Assembly: GCA_027451365.1 (NCBI GenBank)
Contig: DAIDJN010000071.1
Location: forward strand, 1 to 55,600
Origin: Phycisphaerales bacterium
GTDB lineage: Bacteria > Planctomycetota > Phycisphaerae > WQYP01
Length of the DNA stretch: 55,600 nt
Reading direction: 5' to 3'
Shown here piece after piece: positions 40,380-50,219 of this stretch. Position numbers and translations under genes: made by a program. Position 1 is the stretch's first letter. Each line of letters opens with the position of its first letter. The notes under the pieces were generated by a model that saw only the letters and a list, made by a program, of their open reading frames with translations, did not search any database and had not been told where the DNA came from.

Positions 40380-40511
40380 TCACGTTAAGAATGGCGGGTA
40401 GGGGTATTTTGCGCTTGCAAAATGCCCGACGAAGGTTGACTGTTTTAATATCGCGCCCGATAAAGCGCACGGAGTTTATTTTCATTCCAAGGCGGTTTCA
40501 GGAGTCCGATC

Positions 40512-42302
40512 ATGCGTAAGATTCTCGGTCCATTGGCGATTTCCTCGGCCTTGGGTTTAACAGCTTCGCTGAGTCTTGGCGCTACGCCGGCTTCTTTGAC
40601 GGTGGGTGCCACGTTCGCGGGTGGATCGTATGGCCCAAACGGAGCAGCCGGAAGCGCCAACTACGTGCAGGTCCAGGATTTTCCGCCGGATATGGCGGGT
40701 GCCGTCGGTGGCAGTGCAGGGGCCAATTATGCCATGCAAATCATTAACGGCTATGTCGGCATGTGGAGTTTGACCACCACCAATACCACCACCACGCCAA
40801 GTCTGGTCTCTCAAATGACTGATTCCGCATTCTGGACGAATGCGGGCATTACCATTGGGGCTTCCAACGTGCCGTTTGATCCGCGGCTTGTCTACGACTC
40901 AAATTCACAACGTTGGTTCGCAACGGAAGACAGCTTCAGTGCCTCCGGCTACGCCAACGATATTCTTTTGGCGGTATCTAAAACATCGAATCCAACTCAG
41001 GGTTGGACCGCATTTTCGATTCCAGGTTCGCTGCCGAATGCGGGCGGCGGTTATACCGGACCGGGCACTTGGCAGGGAACAACCTATGGCGGAGGTACCG
41101 GCACGTGGAATGGAACAATCAACACCACTGGTGCTTGGCAGGGCACTGTGGGCGCAAGCCCCGCTCATGGTACTGGCGCCAAGGCTCCGGGCGCGAAAGC
41201 CGCCAGCGGCAGCGGTTATTTCGCCGATTTCCCGACACTCGGCGTTTCTCCTGGCTATGTGACAATTGGGGCAAATCTTTATCCGGCAGGATCCGGTAAT
41301 GATGTGGCCAGCGCCGGTGCCGGCATCACGATCATTTCCATCCCCAAAACGGCGCTTTTGGCTACTACGCCCACCACCACCGGGCTTGCACCCTCGTACG
41401 ATTTAAATCCGACCACTTACGGCTTTACCCCGAATGCGGTCAACGATATGTCCACCGGCACCACCACGCCAGGCACGGCCTACGTGCTGGGAAACGGCGG
41501 CTATTCCGGCGTGCAGCAGACCACAATTACCACCCTAAATAATACCCCCACAGTATCGGCGGCGACTTACACGACCTTCAATGAAGTTGGCCAGACGGTG
41601 CAGCAGCTCGGTCAGCCCGGAACCGCCCACACGATTGATGGCGGCGACAGTCGACTTTCATCGAGCCTCAACCTTGTAAGCATAAACGGCACACCTCTGA
41701 TCTGGGGAGTTCAGACCATTGGTATTGCCGGTCCAAATAACACGGTAGTAGACGGATTGCGCGTGTTTGCCGTTGCGGCCGGCAATAACAAGCCCGTTGT
41801 GGACCAGATTTTCACGGACACCGCCAATCCGTCTGAATCCTTGGCGTACGGATCGCTGGCGATCAACAGCAGCGGACAACTTGTGCTGTCTTTCAATGAA
41901 AGCGGCACAGCCAATGGACAGTTTGTCGCCATTCGTGCCGTGGCCGGCACCTACAATTCCACGACCAATACCATTACCTTCGGAACACCCCAAACGTTGA
42001 AGGCAAGCACCACAGATTATTATCTGCTTGATTCTCAGGACAATCTGAATCGCTGGGGTGATTACAGTGCGACTGTCGCCGACCCCAACAACGCTGGAGT
42101 TTTCTACAGTTTTGCGGAATATGCCAACGGAGCGGCAAGCTGGGGCACGCAGATCAGCCAATTGACCTTCGTACCCGCGACAGCTTCCTTAGCCAGTCCG
42201 TCATTTGCAATTACTGAAGTCCCGGAACCTGTCAGCGTCGCACTCCTATGTGCAGGCGGACTGCCCCTGCTTCTGCGGCGTCGCCGCATGGCCACCCGGT
42301 AA
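40512..42302 (+). CDS. Thr/Gly-rich secreted PEP-CTERM protein (PPD...FDPR...RWGDYS domain family)
   Basis: Signal peptide; PPD..GAVG; FDPRL.YD; LAVS.TS.PT; DFPTLG; RWGDYS...DP; VPEP + TM + RRRR. Confidence 0.85.
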   Translation: MRKILGPLAISSALGLTASLSLGATPASLTVGATFAGGSYGPNGAAGSANYVQVQDFPPDMAGAVGGSAGANYAMQIINGYVGMWSLTTTNTTTTPSLVSQMTDSAFWTNAGITIGASNVPFDPRLVYDSNSQRWFATEDSFSASGYANDILLAVSKTSNPTQGWTAFSIPGSLPNAGGGYTGPGTWQGTTYGGGTGTWNGTINTTGAWQGTVGASPAHGTGAKAPGAKAASGSGYFADFPTLGVSPGYVTIGANLYPAGSGNDVASAGAGITIISIPKTALLATTPTTTGLAPSYDLNPTTYGFTPNAVNDMSTGTTTPGTAYVLGNGGYSGVQQTTITTLNNTPTVSAATYTTFNEVGQTVQQLGQPGTAHTIDGGDSRLSSSLNLVSINGTPLIWGVQTIGIAGPNNTVVDGLRVFAVAAGNNKPVVDQIFTDTANPSESLAYGSLAINSSGQLVLSFNESGTANGQFVAIRAVAGTYNSTTNTITFGTPQTLKASTTDYYLLDSQDNLNRWGDYSATVADPNNAGVFYSFAEYANGAASWGTQISQLTFVPATASLASPSFAITEVPEPVSVALLCAGGLPLLLRRRRMATR

Positions 42303-42334
42303 CGCGAAGCGCGCAACCCAGTTTTACCTGTTTG

Positions 42335-42367
42335 AAAGCCATCGCGCGTGTGCGGTGGCTTTTTTTT
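42335..42367 (+). terminator. Intrinsic terminator of the PEP-CTERM gene
   Basis: AAAGCCATCGC/GCGGTGGCTTT stem + T run. Confidence 0.7.
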
Positions 42368-42549
42368 CGCATAACGATGGCTTTCTGAAATTCGAATCCC
42401 GATTCTCCTATTTTTTCGCCCGCAGGCAAAAAAATAGAGCAGGTGATTTTTGAACAGGAGATCAGGAGAGCACATACGGCTGGAGCAAAAGAGTAGCTGT
42501 CGCCGAGACACAAGGCGCCTCCTGCGGTCACCTGCTCAACTGTTCCCCT

Positions 42550-42586
42550 GATCAAGAGGTCGCAGCTACAAATCCTGTCGCCCCGA
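42550..42586 (+). other. Degenerate 3' half of tRNA-Pro (att-like scar)
   Basis: GATCAAGAGGTCGCAGCTACAAATCCTGTCGCCCCGA resembles tRNA-Pro ...GGTCGCAGGTTCAAATCCTGTCGCCCCGA with 2 substitutions in the T arm; no 5' half. Confidence 0.6.
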
Positions 42587-42683
42587 AGCAATCCTTACCG
42601 GAAGCATGGGCCGGAAAAAGGCCAACTTCTGAACATTGCCTGCAAAGTATCGGACGGCAGCCCGCCCGTATAAAAACGCGGCG

Positions 42684-42715
42684 AAAAAAAAAGGCTCCGC
42701 ACCAGCGGAGCCTTT
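42684..42715 (-). terminator. Intrinsic terminator of the pilus/secretin operon
   Basis: AAAGGCTCCGC-ACCA-GCGGAGCCTTT perfect stem with an A9 run (U9 on minus). Confidence 0.85.
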
Positions 42716-42753
42716 GGGATTGTGAATTCAATCTACTTTATATCTCATACCGA

Positions 42754-45700
42754 TCAATAATTCCGGCCGAACTGCTTGCGTTCCCATTCCTTCTGAATGA
42801 TGATTCGCGGCCGTACCAGAATAAGAAGAATTCCAGTATCACGCACGTAGGACCGGTTGGTGAAAAGGCGGTTGATGAGCGGTATTTTGGACAAAATTGG
42901 GACGCCAGCTTCCACTTCAACCTCGCCCGCAAGGCGCTGGCCACCCAGCAGCAGAGTGCCACCATCTGGAACAGACACTGTGGTTGCCACCTGGGTCAAC
43001 TGAACGTCAGGCAACTGAACAAAACCAAGGGCCGCCGGCGCGCCACCACCGGTAATATTCTGACCGGTAATATTAAAGGTGGTCAGACCAAGGAGTGTGG
43101 CCAAAGAGGGCTGAATGGTCATTTCAACATATCGTCGATCCGCCGAAGCGGTGGCCTGCACCTGCAACACCACACCGGTAGAAAGAGTGGACACATTTAA
43201 GGTAGGCGAGGAGGTTGCGATTGCGCCGACGCCGCCGGTGACGGTCTGGCCGCCGGTTTCGCTGGAGACAAAGTTCTGCTGCTGCGTGACCGTAATATAA
43301 GATTCCTGTCCGTTGTACAGGGTGACGCGTGGCGCTGTCAGCGTAGTGGAGTGTTCGCTTTCCTGCGTCGCCTGCAGAAGGAGGCTCAACTGGTAATTGG
43401 AAAGTATGCTTCCGCTGAAGTTCAAGGCAGATGTTGCCGCACTGAAATTCTTGGCAATATTGTTTCCAACACCGGTAGCCCGGGGTGTGGCAATTGTGGC
43501 GGTGTTGTTGCCAAAGGTGATCGGCCCCGTGCTGCCGCCGAACAGGGATCCCGTAGCGGAATTGGCCGTTGGTGCTCCGGCACCGTTGGTGGTGACAAAC
43601 GCGGGGAAGCCAAGGCTCCACGAGAATCCAAAGAAGTTCAGGAAGCTGGAATTCACGATAAGGAATCGCGTATTAACTGAAATTTCAATCGCACGGGCTT
43701 CACGGAGTTTTTCCAGCAGACTTTCGATTTTTGACTGGTTATCTGGAGTCTGGCTGATTACCAACTGACCGTTAAGTTCGCGGACGTTGCCGGCGGTTCC
43801 GCCATTGGCAACCCACGAATTTCGGTCGACCGTGTTTTCAATCAGGCGGGTGATTTCACGAACCATCTGGCCGCGGGTTTTCTGGCCGCCATTGGCACCT
43901 CCCGCCGCCCCGCCGGCCGCACCACCGCCGCCCTGAAACAGGCTCTGTCCACCGCCGCCGCCCAAACCACCGCCGCCAGACGCGCTGACCTGCGCGGTCG
44001 AATTCTGGGTTGCACTTTGCAGATTGAAGGAGGGCGCATTGCCGCCAAAATTCGGCGGCTGAATCAGCAGGTCCGTGATGTCATAAACGCGAACCACTGA
44101 CTGCTGAGCCAACTGATCTTTAGTGGAAATCGTGATCACGCCTTCATCTATGCTGTAGCCAAGCGTGGTTCCACTGGAACCTTGCGCCTGCTGAAGCACT
44201 ATTGAAAGCACCTTTTTAAATGGAACACTGCGCAAGGTCAGGCTGATCGGGGTCTGGCGGGATACGCCGGCATTGGTAAGGGCATTCCAGTTGACCACAA
44301 TATTGGTGCCGGTTTCGTTTCGCAGAAGTTTGACCACTTCAGAAAACGGCTGGTCATTGACGGATAACCGACCGACGCTGTCATTGAGTCTGTTACGAAC
44401 CAGCTTGTCGGCGCTGGATTCAGAGCTGTTTTGTTCAGCTTCGCGCATTTTGCTTAGCTCCGGCCAGTCGCTTGGATACACGATAAGATTGGTGTAAGGA
44501 ATCAGGTCCTTTTCGCTCTTGATATCCTGTTCCTGGGCCTGTCGCGCACCTAAGTCGTGATAATGGTTCCAGCGATTGTATTCAATCTGGTCCTGCACCA
44601 TGCGGCGCATCAGGCGGGCCTGATAGTTGGTCGGATCAATGGCAACAACTTGAAGCAGCGTCGCTTCGGCGTGGTTGTATTCAAGCCGCTTGTAATATTC
44701 GTCCGCCTGGGCCATCAGGCCTTTGACTTCGGCCTGGCGCTGAGCGACAAGCTGCCGCTCAATGTTCGCCTGGCTGGTTTGAATTTCATGCTGCTTAATG
44801 GTGGCGCTCTGACTGGCTGCAACCGCCTGACGATGTTCAATCATCGCAAGCTGCGCACTGGCGCGGGCACGCATCGCCTGATATTCCGAGGCGGTGAACA
44901 GATGTCGGGCCGCCGCAGCGGTGGCCAAAGCGTCATTGGCACGGTCGGCGGCCACACTGAAATGGCCCGCCTGCATTTCCTGATTGGATTGTTCCAGATC
45001 ATGGTTAAACAACACCTGCGCACGTTGCGCATCAATCGCCTGATTGTACAGGCTTTGGCTCAACAGACCAGGAGCTTTGCCGGCTGCAAGTTTGGATGCG
45101 TTAGCCAGCCCCATGGAAGCCGCCTGATTCCGCGGATCAATGACCAGGGCATCATTAAACAGGGCAATCGCCCGTGAATAATTCGCCGCATGAACCGCCT
45201 GATCGGCTTGAAGGGTAAGCGCGGCGGAACGCTGGGCGTTAATTTCCGCAGCGGTCGGCATGACCGGCGCCGGCGCTGCAGATGCGGTCATGACGGGCAT
45301 CGGCTTGGTTGCGGGCATTGTGCCAGCCGGTGCGGGTGCCGAAGCGGTTTGCGCGGGAGGTGTCGTTGATGTCATGTGTGCACTCGCTGGAGGTGTCTGA
45401 ATCGCCACGGCTGCGCCTGTGGACGCGGGTTGAGCGGGTTGAGACTCTGCGGCTTGCGGAGCCGTTACTTTGGCCGCCAACTGAGCCTGTTCAATTTTCT
45501 GCTGGGCCGCAAGAGCTTCCTGTTGCGCCTTTAAGGCCGCGGCATGCGCCGCCGCCTGCGCGGCGGCTGCGGCAGCCTGACGCTCCGTAGCAGCCTGTAT
45601 TTCCTGGGACTGAAGTTGATCCGCCAATTTCGCCTGTGCCGACTTCTGCTGTTGGGCAAGGGCTAACGCGGCCTGCTGGGCGGCGAGTTTCCGGGCGGCG

Positions 45701-46590
45701 GCTTCTTTGGTTGCTTCAGCGGCCGCCTGGGCCTGGGCCAATTGAGCCGCCTTTTCCTTTGCCGCTTCAGCCGCCGCGGCCTGGGCCGCTGCCTGGGTTG
45801 CCGCGGCACGCTGCTGTGCCGCAACAGCTTCCTGACCGGCAAGCTGATTGTTTAACGCGGGACTGGCGGTCGGCGTGGCTGACACAGAGACCGGTGCAGG
45901 TGGCGGAACCGTGGCTGTTGTGGCAACCGGTGTCGATTTGGCAATGGCTGCGGACTGGGCATTCACTGCGGCAACCCGTTGCTGGGCAATTAGATACTGG
46001 TAGTGGCCCGGAAGAGAATTTTCTGACCCTAAATCGGCACCAGCTACTGAAATGGCGTGAAGGTCGTTGGAAGCAGTCTGGTAGTCGCCCGCCTTATAAG
46101 CGGCGATCGCTTTGGCCAGCGTTGCCTTGAGTTGGGGAACCATTTCCTGCTGGCGTGCCTGGGCCAGGGCCAGATTGTCTTTAGCCTCACGTACCAATTC
46201 AGGCGTGGAGGCTGGACTGGCGATAATGTAGTTGTACAGATTGACCGCATGCGCCAGATGGCCATCGTTTAGCGACGCTTGCGCATTGCGAAACACCTGG
46301 CTGTTATGGGCAGCCGCCGAGATCGCCACGTCGATCTGCTGGAGCAGCGAATCCATGCTGGTCCGATCCGTCGGACTAAGATCCGCCGGATTGATCGTCA
46401 GGAGAACTTTCTTGGCAGTCTGGTAATCATGCTGGGCAAAAAGGCTCTGGCCGCGAGTCAACAGCGTGCCAGCCGCCGCCTGCGTACCCGTATCAGCCAA
46501 TGCCAACGGGATCAGGGGCAGCGTGGCGCCGGCCAGAACAGCGCTTGAAATACCGACGGCCAGAATCCGAGAGCGAGTCATCTTCTTCAA
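42754..46590 (-). CDS. Secretin (PilQ/GspD-like) with long N-terminal TPR/coiled-coil extension
   Basis: RVYDITDL; L.AP.VTL.NGQ; GV.L.V....SADRRYV; TTVSVPDGGTLLLGG; GVPILSKIP.INRLF; LILV.PRII; TTG start after AGGAG. Confidence 0.9.
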   Translation of the reverse strand: MKKMTRSRILAVGISSAVLAGATLPLIPLALADTGTQAAAGTLLTRGQSLFAQHDYQTAKKVLLTINPADLSPTDRTSMDSLLQQIDVAISAAAHNSQVFRNAQASLNDGHLAHAVNLYNYIIASPASTPELVREAKDNLALAQARQQEMVPQLKATLAKAIAAYKAGDYQTASNDLHAISVAGADLGSENSLPGHYQYLIAQQRVAAVNAQSAAIAKSTPVATTATVPPPAPVSVSATPTASPALNNQLAGQEAVAAQQRAAATQAAAQAAAAEAAKEKAAQLAQAQAAAEATKEAAARKLAAQQAALALAQQQKSAQAKLADQLQSQEIQAATERQAAAAAAQAAAHAAALKAQQEALAAQQKIEQAQLAAKVTAPQAAESQPAQPASTGAAVAIQTPPASAHMTSTTPPAQTASAPAPAGTMPATKPMPVMTASAAPAPVMPTAAEINAQRSAALTLQADQAVHAANYSRAIALFNDALVIDPRNQAASMGLANASKLAAGKAPGLLSQSLYNQAIDAQRAQVLFNHDLEQSNQEMQAGHFSVAADRANDALATAAAARHLFTASEYQAMRARASAQLAMIEHRQAVAASQSATIKQHEIQTSQANIERQLVAQRQAEVKGLMAQADEYYKRLEYNHAEATLLQVVAIDPTNYQARLMRRMVQDQIEYNRWNHYHDLGARQAQEQDIKSEKDLIPYTNLIVYPSDWPELSKMREAEQNSSESSADKLVRNRLNDSVGRLSVNDQPFSEVVKLLRNETGTNIVVNWNALTNAGVSRQTPISLTLRSVPFKKVLSIVLQQAQGSSGTTLGYSIDEGVITISTKDQLAQQSVVRVYDITDLLIQPPNFGGNAPSFNLQSATQNSTAQVSASGGGGLGGGGGQSLFQGGGGAAGGAAGGANGGQKTRGQMVREITRLIENTVDRNSWVANGGTAGNVRELNGQLVISQTPDNQSKIESLLEKLREARAIEISVNTRFLIVNSSFLNFFGFSWSLGFPAFVTTNGAGAPTANSATGSLFGGSTGPITFGNNTATIATPRATGVGNNIAKNFSAATSALNFSGSILSNYQLSLLLQATQESEHSTTLTAPRVTLYNGQESYITVTQQQNFVSSETGGQTVTGGVGAIATSSPTLNVSTLSTGVVLQVQATASADRRYVEMTIQPSLATLLGLTTFNITGQNITGGGAPAALGFVQLPDVQLTQVATTVSVPDGGTLLLGGQRLAGEVEVEAGVPILSKIPLINRLFTNRSYVRDTGILLILVRPRIIIQKEWERKQFGRNY

Positions 46591-46912
46591 GAGGAAACTC
46601 CTACATCCGCAAATTGCCAATACAACACCTTGATTTTCCGGTGCGTTATCAAAGATACGCGCCGCGGAAAATCACACACACTTATCAACCCAGGCTCTCT
46701 CCATGAATCAGGTACCGCGCCTTGCAGCCGCTATTCCGTATTCCGCGGCGACCTGACCATTCCATGCGACATTGCATTCCGCCGAGCCGCCGCCATACGC
46801 AAATCCCTTAAACTCTCCAGAACACGCCGCAAAACTTTTTAACATACTAAAAGCACACGCATGATGTTGCAACCGCCCGGCCGCCAATGACCGGGGCCGG
46901 TCCGCCTGGACT

Positions 46913-48667
46913 TCATGGCGTTGCCGCGGCCGCCGCAGCGGGCCGCCCAGTCTGATTCACGCGCCGCAGCAGTCTGGCCTCCAGCGGGCTGGCGGCATCC
47001 CATGCGGATCGCCGCACGCTCAGGTTATTGTGGGAATCTTCTACGACAGCGGAAATATTATTTCCGCCCGCGCGGACATCCGCGGCGACAAGTTTATAAC
47101 CGGTGAAAAAGTTTACTGATTTAAACATCAGTCGTCCGGTTGTGGCGCTAATAATGGAGGTCGGGCGCACATCACCGATGTCCTGCCCCGGAGAGACATA
47201 TTGCGTGGTGTATGTCCACATGCCATGAACCCATTTAAAAATCCGGAATTCCGCCTTTCCGTTCACCAGTCCGCCGCCACCATCAAGGAAAAAGTAAAGC
47301 CGATTGCGAACTGTCAAAGGTCGACTGACCATGGTCCACGGAGAATATATCCATGGCTTATTCTTAATCGCCGGATTATCGGATTTATAAGGAAACAAAT
47401 AGGTCGGATTGTAAAGTGCAAGCCGCATTCGATAGCGATAGGTGGCACCGGGAACCACGTCGGTGTCACGAAGCCATATCGGGAACGATTTTTCCGCCAG
47501 CAAGGAGGAGATCGTCTGCGGTTGACCGGCCACACCGCCAGCACCGGCGACACCCGGAAAATTACCCGGAAACGCGCCGGGAAATCCGCCGGGAAAACCA
47601 CCCGGAATGGTCACATTTGTCGGCTGATTCGCCACCACATTCTGACGAACCGGCTGCCGAATGATCCGCGGCACATTGAACCGGCCCCCGCCTGCCCCGC
47701 CGCCATTGAATCCACCCGGCGCCCCACCCGGAAAACCGGGTGGAAACACGCCACCACCGGGTATATTTCCGCGGGGAATTGGATTCTGCTGATTGGCTGG
47801 CTTCGGAGGTGGCAAGCGCAGACGTATCTGTTCCAGCGGGTAGAATGCCGGCTCTAAAATATTTGAAGCCGCGGCATCAAGATTGGAAAGTATCTGCACA
47901 CGGCCAGCGGCATCCTGACCGACCATCGGGGCCGGCGGCAGCGGATTCAGATAGAAGCCGCGGATTTTTTCCCAGCCGCTCCAGCGGCCATCACTACCCA
48001 GAGTCTGCCGCTGCACCTGAACACGATAAAAAGTGGTGCGCTGAAATGAGGGCGGCAGCGCCGCGAATCCCGGCTTGGCAACCGCTGGCCCCTGCAGGCT
48101 CGCCAGCCAGTCGGAAACAGGAAAGTCCGCGGATAGTTTTACCCATGCCACGTCTTTGGTGACGGGCGCGGCTGGAGTATTGGGGTTAACCGGCTGATTC
48201 GAATTATCTGCAAGAATCGCCACGCCACGCCCCTGCTTGATCTTCATGTCAGTAAGCGACGGCACAATCGGTGCGTAAAAAGTCTTGCCCCGAACGACCA
48301 CTGTGTTAATGTTGGCGACTGGTTGATTCAGCGGGCCAATCGCAATCGGCGGCAAAGCGGTCACTACGGTACTTAATGGCCGAACCTGCCCGTCGGCTAT
48401 ACCCTTGACCAAATTCGGCACATGCGCCACACCAGGCGAGGGATTCGCCGGGTGGCGAATCTGATTTTGCAATTGATGGACTGCGACGGTGATTTTATGC
48501 CCAACTTCGCCAGGCGCGACTTTCACACCGGCACTGTCCGGAAGCGGGACACTGTTGGGATCTTTCACAAGGTTGATCCAAGCCAGATAGACGAAGAACG
48601 CCGCTCCGACAAGCAGGATGGCCTTGTCCACATACCGTTCGAAAGGATTGATGTTTTTTATCTGCAT
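46913..48667 (-). CDS. Pilus operon accessory protein (N-terminal TM, FN3-like 'D..V.PG..YRYR.R...YNP' segment)
   Basis: 584 aa; position between the PilO-like gene and the secretin; G/P/F-rich linker. Confidence 0.7.
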   Translation of the reverse strand: MQIKNINPFERYVDKAILLVGAAFFVYLAWINLVKDPNSVPLPDSAGVKVAPGEVGHKITVAVHQLQNQIRHPANPSPGVAHVPNLVKGIADGQVRPLSTVVTALPPIAIGPLNQPVANINTVVVRGKTFYAPIVPSLTDMKIKQGRGVAILADNSNQPVNPNTPAAPVTKDVAWVKLSADFPVSDWLASLQGPAVAKPGFAALPPSFQRTTFYRVQVQRQTLGSDGRWSGWEKIRGFYLNPLPPAPMVGQDAAGRVQILSNLDAAASNILEPAFYPLEQIRLRLPPPKPANQQNPIPRGNIPGGGVFPPGFPGGAPGGFNGGGAGGGRFNVPRIIRQPVRQNVVANQPTNVTIPGGFPGGFPGAFPGNFPGVAGAGGVAGQPQTISSLLAEKSFPIWLRDTDVVPGATYRYRMRLALYNPTYLFPYKSDNPAIKNKPWIYSPWTMVSRPLTVRNRLYFFLDGGGGLVNGKAEFRIFKWVHGMWTYTTQYVSPGQDIGDVRPTSIISATTGRLMFKSVNFFTGYKLVAADVRAGGNNISAVVEDSHNNLSVRRSAWDAASPLEARLLRRVNQTGRPAAAAAATP

Positions 48668-48712
48668 TTCCAGTTCCCTACAGACCGCCGGGGGAATTCA
48701 ATAGTCACGTCG

Positions 48713-50161
48713 TCACTGTGCCGCCGGCCTTGACGCAATTCCTAGCGCCGACCGGTAATCGGCGGGCATCACACGTTTGTTCCAGCGTGAAAACATCACA
48801 CATTCAAACAACAGGTCCGCTCTGACCGCGGGCACCTTGCCATAGACATATCCCTGCGTAATGGCCTGAATCGGGTCCACGGTTCGAATATCCATGTTCA
48901 GTACAATATATCCATTGTTCTGATGGTACAACTCATTGATAAACTTATTGATCATCCATGGCTCGGCAACCAGGCTCACCTGCATCAGCACCACCTGATA
49001 GCGGGCGTTGCTTACATGCCCGGTCAGGGGGGCCCCGACCGCCGCTGTTCCCGAACCGCCGACGGATGGAATATTTGTTGGCATTCCCGGAAAACCGCCG
49101 GGTCCGCCGTAACCGGGCACGCCAGGATAGCCGCCCGGCATCCCTTGTGGTCGAAAGCGGGCCATATCCGCCGCATTGGCACCCGCCCCCCCATTGGTGC
49201 CCTGTGCCAGTTTTGAAGCGCCAAGAAACAGATGGCCGTCATCTATCAGGTTCAGGCCGTTTCCCGAAGCGTTGCTGTAGGTTGCACCCATGGCGGCCGG
49301 AGCCTCGTTGCCGACGGTAATGTGAATAAGTCGCTTAATGGGCGATTCCCCGACATTGGTGCTGGACCGATTAAGCGCCGCAATCGCTCGCACCACATCG
49401 GCCTGCACCCATGTGTCCACAAATGCTTCGTATATTTGATCCGCGGTCGGCAGTGTTGTACTGTGAATGAAACTGCGTATCTGAAAGCTCCGGGGCGACG
49501 CATACACTTTTATCCCGGCCGCGGCCCGATACACCTGACGCCTTACAATTTCGCGTGTCAGGCGGGAATGAGCCCCGGTATCGGCATTTCCCGCTTCACC
49601 AACAGGCATGATGCTTGCCTGCTTTTTTAAGGCCCGCCTCACCAGTCGTTTAATCAGGCGAGCCGTCGGCGGTGTACCGGCATCCAGCATGGCCAGAAAG
49701 CCTCGAGAGCTTCTAAATTTTGGCAGAAACAACCGACGGTAGGCGCTGCGAAACTCGCCGCGGATCACCGCATCACGTGAAGGCCGCGGAAGCAGATCAC
49801 GCATCGGCACACCATTAAGAAGGGGAATTGCCCGCGAACCGGAAAATGACACTCGAAAACTTGCGTTAGCGGCTTCCACCCGTTGTTGAACCCAATTCGC
49901 CTGCTGGGCAATTTTCTGCTGCACAAATTCTTTGGCCTTAATTACCTGCGGCGTCACCGGGCCGTTATATGATTTTTCACCAGGAATGCGGATGAACGTG
50001 CGGCCGAGGCTGTTGGCCATTGTTTCCGAGCCAAGCGATGCGATCATTGAATTGCGGAGCCGTTTGGATTTGGCTCCAATGGGGTAATACAGCGCGACAA
50101 GGGACAGAATCACCACAAGTGTGCAGATTATCAAAAGCAGATTTGCCTTGAGGAACTTCAT
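48713..50161 (-). CDS. Pilus operon protein, putative PilO-like
   Basis: N-terminal TM; position directly after pilM; C-terminal ferredoxin-like pattern; GGAGG RBS. Confidence 0.6.
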   Translation of the reverse strand: MKFLKANLLLIICTLVVILSLVALYYPIGAKSKRLRNSMIASLGSETMANSLGRTFIRIPGEKSYNGPVTPQVIKAKEFVQQKIAQQANWVQQRVEAANASFRVSFSGSRAIPLLNGVPMRDLLPRPSRDAVIRGEFRSAYRRLFLPKFRSSRGFLAMLDAGTPPTARLIKRLVRRALKKQASIMPVGEAGNADTGAHSRLTREIVRRQVYRAAAGIKVYASPRSFQIRSFIHSTTLPTADQIYEAFVDTWVQADVVRAIAALNRSSTNVGESPIKRLIHITVGNEAPAAMGATYSNASGNGLNLIDDGHLFLGASKLAQGTNGGAGANAADMARFRPQGMPGGYPGVPGYGGPGGFPGMPTNIPSVGGSGTAAVGAPLTGHVSNARYQVVLMQVSLVAEPWMINKFINELYHQNNGYIVLNMDIRTVDPIQAITQGYVYGKVPAVRADLLFECVMFSRWNKRVMPADYRSALGIASRPAAQ

Positions 50162-50219
50162 TTAAACCTCCAACCGGTGAACCGGCGACCCATCACGCAA
50201 TCGCGTGGCGCGCCGTCGC

